Shown: in pieces, positions 39,703 to 52,735 of the stretch | Layout: every line of letters starts with the position of its first letter | How positions within the stretch are numbered: position 1 is the stretch's first letter | Source of the DNA: Octopus sinensis | Lineage: Eukaryota | NCBI RefSeq assembly: GCF_006345805.1 | Contig: NC_042997.1 | Coordinates: 125,240,001-125,304,000, forward strand | Length of the DNA stretch: 64,000 nt | Reading direction: 5' to 3' | The notes under the pieces: model-generated | Told to the model about the DNA's origin: nothing | The model's database searches: none | Seen by the model: only the letters and a program-made list of their open reading frames with translations | Made by a program: the position numbers and the translations under genes

Positions 39703-40470
39703 GTTTTGTCTTAAATGTCACAAGCGCTTTTATAGTATTTCTATTAATTCATTCATTGTTATTGCCAACACTTGTACTGTTATGTAAATTAGATAGACCA
39801 ATTTAACTCAGTGAAAATAAAGGAACATTAACGGTTCGTTTGTTGACGAAATTAATGGGTGCCTTAATTAGCTGGTGAACAATGCGATTTCCCCCTTTCC
39901 AGTGAAATATAGTGTAGCCAAATAGCGGTGTCATCTCGTTTGTAATGACATTAAATACGAGATCAGTCAGGTGATGGAATGCCTACCACGAAATATGTAA
40001 GCCTCCCTATGTTGTCTATAAACTTTAAAGGCGACCTTAACCGGAGATAATCGTTACAAGTTCTACTGCAAACATAAGAAGCGAAGCAAGACGATCGGAA
40101 TGACATCATGTGTTATTCTGTAAATATTTCCTTGCAATTTCCTTCACGTGTGCGGTCATGTGTTTGTGATCTTGTGCCAGTCAAATAGAGTATTCAGAAA
40201 AATGGCAAATATTGAATACTTAAACACTGAAACAGAACTGTAGATTAGAAAAATAGTGAGTGAAACGTCAGTAGTAATATATATCACATGAATAATTAAA
40301 TAATGAATTATATATGTGTGAGTACATGTGCCTGCACGTGTATGTCTGTGAGCATATATATGTGTTTGCGTGAGTGCGTTTGTGTGTGCGTTTGCGTGTG
40401 TATGTGTGTGCATTTGCGTGTGTATGTGTGTGTACCTATAACTACACTCACATATATATGTATATATATA

Positions 40471-40510
<40 letters not shown>

Positions 40511-41740
40511 TATGTGTGTGTATAAAGAGAGATATACGTAGACACATATATATGTGCTCTCTCTCTTACTGTCTGTCATTCTCTCTCCAAATATATAGAT
40601 ATATGTTTATACACACAAAAACACACATGTGTGTGTGTGTAATACAGATATAAGCATCATATATGTATGTATGTATGTTCTGTATACGAGTTTGTACGTC
40701 TGTGCAAAGAGAGATAGAGCTAGACATATTATGATACATATACTTATATACATATATATAAATAGCTACCCAGATACAGGCATACATAGATAAGTATTTG
40801 GCCGTGTGTTTATTTATATATGTATAATTCGGGAATATGTTTGCTGTTCTATTTTGGCGAATATGATAAATTGTTCGTTCATTAAGAGAAAATCAGATAA
40901 ATATCGGTTTATTTTAGAACGCTGTTCATTTCGAATATAATTTTTATTTCGTTCAATACTTTGCTGAGATTCTCAGGAATAACGAGCCAGCCAAATTATA
41001 TGAAGCTTTTAGTCTTTTTGTTTTGGTTGTGTTTTTATTGACTTATATATTTTTTTGTTGCTTTCATACTTCTTGTTGTTTTGACTACTGAATGTCGTAG
41101 TTTATTATTTTTTTTATTATTCTGTTTACATTCATTTTCAAATATTCTTTTTTATTTTTTATTTCGTTTATTTTTGGGGGTTCTTTTTAATTGTTATTAT
41201 TTTTCGTGTTTGTCGACATCTAATGAGTACACTCTTGCCAGCATCCAACTCGTGTGTTTATATTGGAAAGATAGGAAAATAATTAGTATCGGAGTAACGC
41301 GTGGGGTGGTGGTGTTAGATATAGTTCATATACTGTCGTTTCAGTTGGTTTTGTTGTGTTCGATTTACTTTCTCCCCTTTGAACGGTTCATGCTATTTGT
41401 AATCTGCCGAAATTGGGCATGACACTAAATTAGTTTCTCACAGAATTTTTGGTTATCTTTCGTAGCGTTAATATGACACCTTTTTCACAATTTGCTACTT
41501 TCAACAAATAAATTCTAATGCATGAAATCGTACTTCCGGTTTAGAGCCATAAACGACTGTAATTAACCCACTAAATCTTCATACAACTTAAAAGAATGAT
41601 GCCGCTATGTACAAGGTGATACACCTATCTAACAATCTGAGGTAGGGCAACTACATTATCCATATCTAAGCCTTGCTTAACAAACTATTTAATCTCCTTC
41701 ATGTTAAGAAATTTACCTTGTGCATGGCGTTCATAACTTA

Positions 41741-41948
41741 ACGTCACTTTACGTCACTTTACGTCACTTTACGTCACTTTACGTCACTGCCGTCCATTTA
41801 CATCACCATTTACAATTTATACCACTTGGCATAACTTACGTCATTTTATGTCATTTTACGTCATTTCCGTGACTTTGCCTCATCAATCGTCTGTTTGTCA
41901 TTTGCCGTCATTTCCCTAGTTTTACACAGTTTATATAGTCTTACGTCA
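41741..41948. repeat. 10-bp minisatellite (ACGTCACTTT)n with degenerate flanking units; seven TTACGTCA octamers
   Basis: Five units at 41741-41788. Further TTACGTCA at 41836, 41856 and 41941. Confidence 0.9.
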
Positions 41949-42154
41949 ATTCGTCCCCAGTTTTTGTCTGATAGTAGCTTTAACCTCATCAGAAACTACC
42001 TTCTCTCTCACGTGCTCTCTCACTCACTCTCTGTCACTATCTCTTTCTCTCTCTCTCTCTCCCTCTCTCTCTCTTTCTCTCATTCTCACTCTCTCTTTCT
42101 CTATAAATATCTTTCTTACCCGTTATCACTTTCTCGTTCGCGCGCTCTATGTTT

Positions 42155-42185
<31 letters not shown>

Positions 42186-42813
42186 CGTGCATGTATGTGT
42201 GTGTTTGCGCACGTGTTTGTGTGTGCATGTGTAAACGTTTTTCTTTCTTATAAAGTCCACAGTAACATAACTCTGATATATCTATCTAACATTATGCATG
42301 CACATTGCATTTGATTTCCAACATTATCCTTAATCATTCCTCTTCAAAACAGCCTCAAAACAAATTTATTCTCAGCCCAATACATACTGGAAACCCAATA
42401 ATACTAATATGTATTGTTCCAACAACTTCCAACCAATTCCTGTCTTCAGCTTCTGTCTTCTAATCTCAGAATAATAAGTAACACAGAAGCACTTAATATT
42501 CTCCTTTTCTGAATATTTCACACCTAAAATATCAGTTCAATCTTCAATGGAATTACATTTGTATACCAATGAAACTAAGCGCTGATTAAATGCACACATG
42601 CCATATTATTTACACAAAACAAGAAGATGTTTTATTGCACGAGACTTGGGAAATTTTCCCACCCAGTAAATATAACTAATATATACACCGTTATAGGCGC
42701 TTCTATAGCCTAACCACTACGGACACAACCTGGCCAATACATACACGGTTTTCGACACACTTTGGTGCTCTAACCAATACAGATGCAACTATACATATAA
42801 AACAGAAACATAC

Positions 42814-42897
42814 AATTATCTTTTGCTGCTGTAAGTATAAACGATAGTACACATGAGATACAAGCAGTCCTATGCTTTGTACAAGGAGCCAATAATT
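42814..42897 (-). other. Candidate 84-nt internal exon
   Basis: Strong acceptor (ccatttcctttttttttctcag) and donor (TT|gtatgt), length divisible by 3, two open frames. The phase-1 frame reads LLAPCTKHRTACISCVLSFILTAAKDN (C-x2-H-x3-C-x2-C). Confidence 0.3.
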
Positions 42898-43211
42898 CTG
42901 AGAAAAAAAAAGGAAATGGAATAACAAGGGAACAGATTTTAAAAGAGATATCTCATCCTCAGTGTTATTACTTTTCTGGTATTCTTTCATAGACCAAAAA
43001 TACTAACTTACAACTATTTATATAGTGTAGAGACTAAACTGAATTTCTCTGCTAAATTGTGCGTTTACTTAAAACACATGTTCATAGAAAGATAAACTAT
43101 ATTATGAATATTATAAACTATATTATGAAGTGATTAGGATGTTACCCGTAATATGACAGGTAACATTGAAAGTACAATCTCGCCGCTATTGGTAACATAA
43201 TAAAATATTGT

Positions 43212-43630
43212 ACGCAGGAGTGGCTGTGCGATAAGTAGCTTCCGTACCAGCCACATGGTTCCGGGTTCAGTCCCACTGCGTGGCAACTTGGGCAAGTGTC
43301 TTCTACTATAGCCTCGGGCCGACCAAAGCCTTGTGAGTGGATTTGGTAGATGGGAACTGAAAGAAGCAGGTCGTATATATGTATATATATAATGTGTGTA
43401 TGTGTGTTTGTGTATGTATGTTTCTGTGTCTGTGTTTGTCCACCAACATCGCTTGAAAACCTATGGTGGTGTGTTTACGTCCCCGTAAGCTAACGGTTCA
43501 GCAAAAGAGACCGATAGAATAAGTACTAGGCTTCCAAAGAATAAGTCCTGGGGTCGATCTGTCGACAAAAGGCGGTGCTCCAGCATGGCCGCAGTCAAAT
43601 GACTGAAACAAGTAAAAGAGTAAAAGAGTA
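43212..43630 (+). mobile_element. SINE family B, full length
   Basis: Complete head, core and tail, as at 15581. Confidence 0.9.
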
Positions 43631-44028
43631 ATAGAATTAATATAAAAATTTATCTTTAATCCTAATTTCATGGTGATTATATCAAATGGTGAATTCTAAT
43701 CTTCAAAAGAAAAACACTTACTACCTTAAAATTAATTAAAAGACATTTCTCATTTGTATATTTGCAACATATTTAGCATCTGCTTTCTAACATAGCATCG
43801 GATCAATCCGGCAATGACAGTTCTTTAGTAACAAATTCAATACGTTGCCCGAATTAACGCAATGATCTGGTCCTTAAATGATTTAGAGAGCCGCAATATT
43901 GAGAAGAGAAAACGGTAAATGTTACAAGTCGAACCTTAGAAAAGTCTTGTATGTTATTATGTTCCATTTACTCATTATAATTCCAAAGTGTATTCCGATT
44001 AGTCATTTTTGTTTTATTGAAAATTTTA

Positions 44029-44294
44029 ATAATAATAATAAATGCGCCCTTTTAAAGCCCAGCCTGGCTCATGGGACCGGTTTGCCGGTTTCAAGAGCCT
44101 GTGTGTTCCCCAGATGGACGGGACGCCAGTCCATCGCAGCGTTACTCATTTTTGCCAGCTAAATGGACTGGAGCAACGAGAAAAATTAATTGTTTTGCTC
44201 AAGAACACAACGCGTCGCCCGGTCCAGTAATCGAAACCACAATCTTACGAACATGATGCTGACACCCTAACCACCAAGCCACGTGTCTCCACAC
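44029..44294 (-). mobile_element. SINE family C with 11-bp TSD
   Basis: Reverse complement of the 26353 family. TSD tgaaaatttta at 44018-44028 and 44295-44305. Confidence 0.9.
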
Positions 44295-44579
44295 TGAAAA
44301 TTTTATCATCTCCAAACACATTCATTACTATAGTAAGCAAGTGCAAGAATAATTATTGGAAGAAATATGAATTTATGATGCGCGTAGAGAAGCTGCGGGT
44401 TTCAAATATAGTATCAATAAAGGGATGCGTCGATTTTGGAATGAATGCTCAGATATATAGAACGGCAGATCTTTATTACTTTATGTCATAGCTTTTGCCT
44501 GTCCGTGTGTGTCTCTGTATGATCTATGTACACACACACATACGCACACACATACACAAACATGAACACACATACACAC

Positions 44580-44624
<45 letters not shown>

Positions 44625-45191
44625 AACAGAACGCCGACACCGTGGTATTTATTTAAAGAAAATGCAAAATCTCAGAACTGAATGATGAAAGATTAACTTA
44701 ATTTAATATATTTCCATTTATTTTTATTTTTATTTCAGCATGATTGACTAAATCATCCTTTTAAAGTGATTGAAACGGATGGCTTGTTTAAATAAAGATG
44801 TAAATACTCTATTATTTTGTCCTATGATAAAGCTGTCAAAAAAATTTCTTCTTTTTACCTTTTTAATACGCGCACTTACACACACACACACATAGCATTC
44901 ATATATATATATATTAGAAGGTTTGGAGATGATGTACAGGTATTATATATTAGAAGAAATAAGGTACTCAGAAATCTGGATGGTTTTATATTTACAGTTT
45001 TATATTAACATGTCACATGTTTTTATAAATCATATATTAGCGCTTGCATCCACTATATACATACATACATACATGCATACATACATACATACATACATAC
45101 ATACATACATACATACATACATGCATACATACATACATACATACATACATACATACAAACACAAACACACACACACACACACACACACACA

Positions 45192-45240
<49 letters not shown>

Positions 45241-45242
<2 letters not shown>

Positions 45243-45643
45243 AAGACTTTACGAAAAAACAAAAGACGAAGACAGGTGGTGTACAAAACAAACAGATGTA
45301 TTAGTATAACGCTCAGGAATAGAAAAAGTCTTTTATGTTTCGAGCCTACGCTCTTCTACAGAAAGGGACAGAGAAAAAACAAGGAGAGAAATAATGAGAG
45401 AAAAAAATGTGTGTAATGGCTAACGATCTATCATGTATATATATATATATAGGAAGACTTTACGAAAAAACAAAAGACGAAGACAGGTGGTGTACAAAAC
45501 AAACAGATGTATTAGTATAACGCTCAGGAATAGAAAAAGTCTTTTATGTTTCGAGCCTACGCTCTTCTACAGAAAGGGACAGAGAAAAAACAAGGAGAGA
45601 AATAATGAGAGAAAAAAATGTGTGTAATGGCTAACGATCTATC

Positions 45644-45645
<2 letters not shown>
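45241..45645 (-). repeat. Exact tandem duplication (period 211 bp) of a TA-bounded element carrying a degenerate hammerhead motif
   Basis: Identical units start near 45241 and 45452. The motif CTTT-CTGTAGA-A-GAGC gtag GCTC-GAAA-CAT-A-AAAG lies on the minus strand at 45330-45365 and 45541-45576. Shares acgctcaggaa with the 32.6 kb element. Confidence 0.85.
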
Positions 45646-45685
<40 letters not shown>

Positions 45686-45723
45686 GAATGTTGAATAGAG
45701 GTTAATATTTTAAAACTAGATTT

Positions 45724-45945
45724 AAGGCAACGAGCTGATAGAATCGCTACCGCACCGAGCAAAATGCTTTGTATTATTTCGTACGTCTATATGTTCTCAA
45801 TTCATATTCCGTTCATCTTTGCCGACTTTGCCGTTCATCTTTTCAGGGTCGATAAGATAAGTTCCAACTGAATACTGAGAAAGATGTAATTGACTTATCC
45901 CCTACCCTCGAAATTGCTGGCCTTGTGCCACAATTTGTAACGAAT
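45724..45945 (+). mobile_element. SINE family A, tail type 1
   Basis: ggcaacgagctgatagaatcg head; gggtcgataag body; gctggccttgtgcc tail. Confidence 0.8.
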
Positions 45946-46495
45946 ATGTCAAAGCTTCGATTAAGAATAAGAAACATTAACTGATTCACTGACTCAATGC
46001 TATGAGTAAAGCTAAAATGAAGCCTTAGTCAACAGGAATTTACTATCGTTAATTTTATTTTTTTTTTCGGTTAGTGACGTAATTTTAAATTTAATGGAGT
46101 ATATTGTATAATTTCCATATATTAATTTGGTTTGGGTTTTTCTTCCCTTTCACCTAAATCGAATCAGCATTTCAATTAATAGGAGCTCTTTAATAAGAAG
46201 TAATTAATGGCATATTAATTACATTGCATAACGTTATTACATTACAGAAGAGGAAGCCTTTTTGTAAACAAAGCAATATGAAACACATTTGGGGAATAAG
46301 TATGTCAACAAGGCTGTCATTCTATTATAGATAAATATGTATATGTGTGTGTGTATATATGTGTGTGTATTGCATACATGTGTGTATGCATCTGCGGTCT
46401 TCTTACAGCATTAAGAGTATTTTAACTCTTATTCCTAGCAATGTAGGTGCTCTGGTACCCTTAAATACAATTATGGTATCACATTGCGCCTAGCT

Positions 46496-46546
<51 letters not shown>

Positions 46547-46630
46547 GGGGGGGGTGAGTATATAGACATACATAGTTATACGTATATGCAGATATATAGA
46601 TATGTATGGCATTCATATATATATTTGTAA

Positions 46631-46870
46631 TGTAATATGTGACAATTATTCGGTTGCCATAATAAAACTCCGTGTTTCGGATGTCGGGGCGGAAACCTGC
46701 ACCGGCATCTCTTCAGTTATCGAGGCTTTTAATACATTCTATAAAAAGATTTTCATAGCATATTTTAATTGTCTCGATAACTGAAAAGATGCCGGTGCAT
46801 GTTTCCGCCACGTCATCCGAAACACGGAGTTTTATTATGGCAACCGAACAATTGCCACATATATATTACA
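46631..46870. mobile_element. Fold-back element whose arms each contain a hammerhead-like motif
   Basis: Arms 46631-46724 and 46773-46870. The left arm on the minus strand reads ATAA-CTGAAGA-GATG...CATC-C-GAAA-C acgga GT-T-TTAT (46662-46720). Confidence 0.75.
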
Positions 46871-47401
46871 AATAAATTCCTCTATTCACATAATATCGAT
46901 ATCTCTTTTATTCTTTTAGTGTCTTACTATTACTATTAATATATTCTATAATTCTATAATTATGAGTATAATTATAATTAGGGTTCAGCAAAATTTGCCT
47001 CCCCACATACCGAAATTTAGAAATAGCAGTTAAACTACTATTTTTCTACTACCATAAGACATCTCCCAGACAGCAATACTCAACAACGCACGCAGGTAAA
47101 GAGAAAAAGTAACGAATCCACCGGATCTGATTAACAGTATGTGCGTTTCGGAGTTGGAGAGATTTGAAAAATGTAAAATCATATTTCTACTCACCCTCCT
47201 CATCAGTACAGTATTTCAAATTTTAATTGATTTTGCCCTTTATTATTATTGATTATATATATGTGTGTTTGTATGTATGTATGTATTCTTTTATTCCTTT
47301 ATTTGTTTCAATATGTAAATTTTTCTGTTATACAGTATGTTTCAGCACTAAGGGTGTGGCCATTCTGGGGAACCTATATATATATATATATATATATATA
47401 T

Positions 47402-47780
47402 AAGTAATGAGAGAGAGTCCACATGTGGTCACTCTAACGCTAGATATAGATGCACGAATGGTATCCCAGTCTTTATAGATGGCGTTCGACTCAGCAAATT
47501 ATATTTTTTTGATATACTCTACTGAAGATCCGAAAATGATTATGTAAGTAAAATTACACAATCTATTAACGGTGAAACAATTGTATAGAGTTAATCTATT
47601 TTTTTGTTATTTTTCATTTGTCCTGCTCGCTTACATTCTTGGCGCGTTGAATTAATTCTTGAGAACAATTCTTTAGTGGTGGATTCCCTTCGTGCATCTA
47701 TATCTAGCGTTAGATTGACCACATGTGGACTCTCTCTCATTACTTGTATTAATAATTTTTACTGTATCCCAGTCTTTATA
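47402..47780. mobile_element. Insertion with 17-bp direct repeats containing an inverted copy of the adjacent 57 bp
   Basis: gtatcccagtctttata at 47461-47477 and 47764-47780. 47402-47458 is the reverse complement of 47689-47745 with 1 mismatch. Confidence 0.8.
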
Positions 47781-47899
47781 CGTTAGGCCCCTTGGTGTTT
47801 AAAATTGATGTTATTAATTAATATTCAGTTATTTTCACCCTTATTGTGATTTTAATTATATATGTATATATGAATGTACATTTATGTATATATATATAC

Positions 47900-47930
<31 letters not shown>

Positions 47931-47958
47931 TATATGTATACATATATGTATATATATT

Positions 47959-47997
<39 letters not shown>

Positions 47998-48156
47998 ACA
48001 CACATATATGTATCTGTATATGAATATCTATATTTATATATATAACAAACATATATATACATAACACATATACACACACTCGCATTATACATGTTTATAT
48101 ATGTTAAATATATGCGTATATATGTACTTGTATATATGCATATCTCTATACACATA

Positions 48157-50990
48157 AACTTAGATAAACTTAGATAAACTTAGATATGTTTCGACCAAAG
48201 ATTGGTCCAGGCCATGTCTAACTTAATAGCATCATCTGATAGGATTATTCGAATCCTGTTTAAGTCAAGTTTTGTTCAAGTAGTGATTTCTTGTTGGGTG
48301 AGTTGTATCCAGTTTTGTTCAAGTAGTGAGTTCTTGTTGGGTGAGTTGTATCCAATTATGGGTGGCTTATCTGGTATTCTTTGAAGGAATCTATCCAGAC
48401 TCTGTTTAAAGTTGATGGGATCCTTTTCCTCTTTGATCTCCCTCGGGACAATGTTAAATAGGGCAGGGCCTGTTGAGGAAAAGAAATTATGTTGCAGTGT
48501 ACATGTATGTTGTGATCTTGAATTGGGCAGGGGACGTATAGCCCCTGGTCCAAGTCTTGGATGAACCTTGAAGCTAATCTTTAGGTCGTTTGGGCAAAGT
48601 TGGCGGTATATTTTCCACATCGTACAAATGATGTACCGCTCACGGCGACGCTGGAGGGAGTAAAGTTTCAAGGCTTTAAGGCGATCCCAATAATCGAGAG
48701 CAGCCATGCCTTCAATTTGTTTAGTGAGTGCCCTCTGGGGTGACTCAATTCTGGAGATGTTTTGTCTTGTGTGAGGAGACCACAGTGGGCAGCAGTGTTC
48801 AAGGTGTGGCCGTACAAAGGAGGAAAAAAGTGGTATGATGACACCTTGTTCTCTGGACCGGAAAGTTCTTAAGATCCAAGAACTCATCCTACGAGCTATA
48901 TCGACCTTCTTGTTGATGTGTGCACTCCAACTGAGATCGTCATCAACAATTACACCCAGGTCTCTGATATTGTTAGAGGCTGTGAGCGGTTCCCCTGAAG
49001 GAAGAGAGTATGGTTGTTTTAGTGAGGAATTTCTTCCAAAATGCATCAGCTCAAATTTTCCCTCATTCAGTTGCATTTTGTTTCTGTCTGCCCATTGACT
49101 CACAGCATATAGATCAGACTGGAGTTGAGTTCGGTCTGCTTCTTCATTGACGATTTGCTGGAGCTTAGTGTCATCAGCAAATATTTTCACTTTGCAGTAA
49201 TGTACGACACTGGAAAGGTCGTTTACGTAAATTATGAAGAGTAGCAGACCCAAAACAGTTCCCTGGGGAACACCGCTGGTGACTTTTGCTGGGTTTGAGT
49301 GGACTCCATCAACTACAACATGTTGTGTTCTATTCGCCAGGAAATACTTAATCCAGTGTAGAACTTTTCCACGGATTCCAACGTTTGCCAATTTTGAGAG
49401 TAGGATGTTATGGTCTACCCTGTCGAACGCTTTACTGAAGTTAAGATATATGACGTCAGAGTTCGAACCTGTTCCCAAGGCTTTGAGTACATCTTCAATG
49501 TGGTGTAAGAGCTGTGTTAGACAGTCCCTGCCATAGCGAAAGCCATGCTGATTTGCATTTAGGAGTTTGTGGGTCTCCAGGAAGTCAGCTATCCTTGATC
49601 TTAACACTCTTTCAAACACTTTAATGATGTGGGAGGTGAGTGAGATTGGGCGATAGTTGACTGCGAGGGATCTGTTTCCCTGTTTGAAAACCGGGATGAC
49701 CGACTGGGATAGAAACTGTTTCGGTATATAACCTGCGTCTAACGAATTTCTCCAGAGGTTGGTCAGAGGGACTGCAAGTTGGTGTCTACATTCCTTCAGG
49801 AGACTAGCGGAAATCTATCAGGGCCTACAGCAGAGTAATGTTTGACCTCATTTATTGCTGCTACGATGTCGGTGGCAGTGAAGGTTATGTCTGAGATTTT
49901 GTGTTGGGAGTCAACTTCGTTCGTTTCCCTTACGTCAATATCAGTGGGAACACTAAAGACAGAGCAGTATTGTTTCTGCAGTATTTCTGCCATTTCTTTA
50001 GCATCGTGTTGGGGAATGCCGTTATCATCAATCAATAGCCCAATGGGTGAGACAGTGGTTCTATGCTTATTTGCATAAGAATAGAACACTTTTGGGTTCT
50101 GTTTGATGTTTTTGATTATCCATTGTTCCTCCACAGCTCTTTGATTTTCAATGGAGGTTTTCATGTTAGTCTGCAGATGAAGTTTTTCCAGCTCTAGTCT
50201 TTTCATTGTTGTTGAATGTGGATGTTGTGTGTGGGAATATTTTAATTGGTTGATTTTTTTGTTGAGTCTTTTGATGCGCCTGATAAGTGTTTTTTTCCTT
50301 TTAGGGAGCCGGTTTCTGTTTGTGTTAGTAGATTTCTTGGGAGCGTGTTTAGAGCATGTATAGGTGACAATGTTTTCAAAGTGCTGCCACGCGGTCTCAA
50401 TATGAGAGGAATTGAGAGTAAAAGACCAGTTGATGGAAGACAGATCCTTTCTGATTGTTCCCCAGTCCGCTTTGTGGAAGTTTATGTTGTCAAATGGGTG
50501 CCATGGAGTGGGATTGGCTGGTTTGGTTTTTGTATGTCGGGAATTAAGATTGCAGAGTACCATGTCGTGGTCTGAGAGGAGAGTTTTTTCGACTGAAATA
50601 CTGTGAACGTAGCTAGAGTGATTGGTCAATACCAGATCCAAGATCGTTTTATTCTGTCTCGTTGCTTCAAGCACTAGCTGAGTCAGGAAATACTCATCCA
50701 TCAGATTAAAGAGCAGTTCTGCTGCTGCTCTATCTGATGTAGAGCACTTGCCTAACTTCAGAGTATTTGTGGGCCAGTTCACATGAGGGAGGTTAAAATC
50801 ACCCATCACTAGTAAGTTTCCGGAGTGGTACTTCCGAAGGAAGGACTTAACTTTGCTAAGACACTCTTCAAAGTACTTTAGAGGTGCCTGGGGAGGCCTG
50901 TAAAGACCAACAATGGTTATGTCCTTGGCTTTGTTGTAGAGTGATACCGATTCACAGTAGCCATTGGAAAATATGTCCTTGGCATCAACA
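48157..50990 (-). mobile_element. Young 5'-truncated CR1-like LINE with (TTTATCTAAG)n 3' tail
   Basis: ORF2 is open for ~2.7 kb except for one frameshift near 49800. 3' UTR shared with the 6.2 kb copy. Three 10-bp tail units at 48157-48186. Confidence 0.95.
48276..50985 (-). pseudogene. LINE ORF2 (APE endonuclease-reverse transcriptase), N-terminally truncated
   Basis: EN motifs GLYRPP, MGDFNLP, LDLVLTN, SDHDMV; RT motifs YRPISLTS, YLNFSKAFD, GVPQGTVLG, FADDTK, DLGVIVD. A 1-nt deletion at ~49805 splits the two supplied ORFs. Confidence 0.9.
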
Positions 50991-51228
50991 CACACAAAAA
51001 CTTGTGCATGTGTGCCTGATGGGTGTGTGTGCGTGTGCTTGCGTGTGTGCACGCGCATGTGTGCACGCGCATGTGTGTATATGAGTGTGTACAAGCTTGA
51101 TTGATACATTGCCTATAGCCAATCTATCTTTTAGGTATCTACCATCACCTTGCATTTAAAGTTGGAATTTAGGAACAAATTCTACGTAAGTATTATATCA
51201 CGGTGTTTGAATTATATATGTATTATAC

Positions 51229-51297
<69 letters not shown>

Positions 51298-52093
51298 TGT
51301 GTGTTTGTGTTAGTGTGTGTGTTTGTGCGTGTGTGTCTGTGTGTGTTTGTGTTTTGTGTACGTAAATTCCGTCAGCAATCTCAGTGGAACAAATTAAAGT
51401 CAACATATTGGAAACGGTAAAGGAAGACAAGATGACCAAAAGATGCACCGTTAACACTCGGTCTTGACCTCTTCTTCAGTAAGTCCACGATGGAAATGTT
51501 AAGAAAGACTATTAAACATACGGCGACTTATAAATTCCTTGTTTCTATTATCAATAGGATAGCGAATATAATAGTTGGTTACAAGCTGAGGTCAACTATC
51601 ATATAACCTTGGTTCAACTGGAACAAGCCATTTACATCGTATGTAGCAGAAAAACTGAAAGAATATGTCTGCCGCGGATAACGCAACCAAAGTTATCTAC
51701 TCAAGTAGATTTAGTAAAGGGCATGGTTTGAAATTCGGCGATTGCTGTCTATTAAGAAAGTCACCCGAAACAGATCGTAAGATACATCGGTCGAAAGATT
51801 GTGACTATGGCAACCGGTAAGATGGCATATGACCAAATATGTAAATGTATAATATAATAATGATATTGCTTGGTCTTAGAAAAACAGGCAAACTATATAT
51901 GTATAGATACATTATATATATATGTATATATATATATAAATATATGCACACACACAAAAAAATATGCGTATACTTGTATGTATATACATATATATATATA
52001 TATGAATGCCTTTTATTTATATATATATATAAATATATGCACACACACAAAAAAATATGCGTATACTTGTATGTATATACATATATATTATAT

Positions 52094-52165
<72 letters not shown>

Positions 52166-52170
52166 TGCCT

Positions 52171-52209
<39 letters not shown>

Positions 52210-52214
<5 letters not shown>

Positions 52215-52271
52215 GCATTCATATATATACATATTTGTGTATGTGTGTATATATATATGCATACATAATAT

Positions 52272-52317
<46 letters not shown>

Positions 52318-52586
52318 CACATACACACGGTAACACGTACGGGTATGTACATATGAGAGGCAGTGTGTAAGTATGTGTAGACGTTTGGTAATTTCCTTGG
52401 TAAATAACAGTAGGAAAGCATCAATCAAAACTGAACTTTGACAGACATAACAGCAGAGATTGGAAGGCCGATTGTGTTTACATTTCTAGTTATATCAGTT
52501 ATACAGGAGATTTGTAACACAAATTTTTTCTCTTTTCCACCATATCTCATATATATATATATATATATATAATTATGTAATAAATG

Positions 52587-52618
<32 letters not shown>

Positions 52619-52693
52619 CTATATATATATAAAAGGCATTCATATATATACATATTTGTGTATGTGTGTATATATATATGCATACATATATAT

Positions 52694-52735
<42 letters not shown>

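Noticed and set aside
42703-42990. GPCR TM4-like reading of ORF 42703-42990 (KIIVCF...APKCVENRV)
   Set aside because: No adjacent TM3 DRY-like or other helices. The resemblance is explainable by hydrophobic codon bias in T-rich DNA.
47520-47540. Other CTGAnGA matches (47523, 51475, 54847, 63971, 47205)
   Set aside because: No paired stem II followed by GAAA and no stem I complement, so they are not hammerheads.
49796-51109. ORF start at 51109 as the true LINE ORF2 start
   Set aside because: The first ~40 codons are CA/TG microsatellite read-through. LINE homology begins near 50985.
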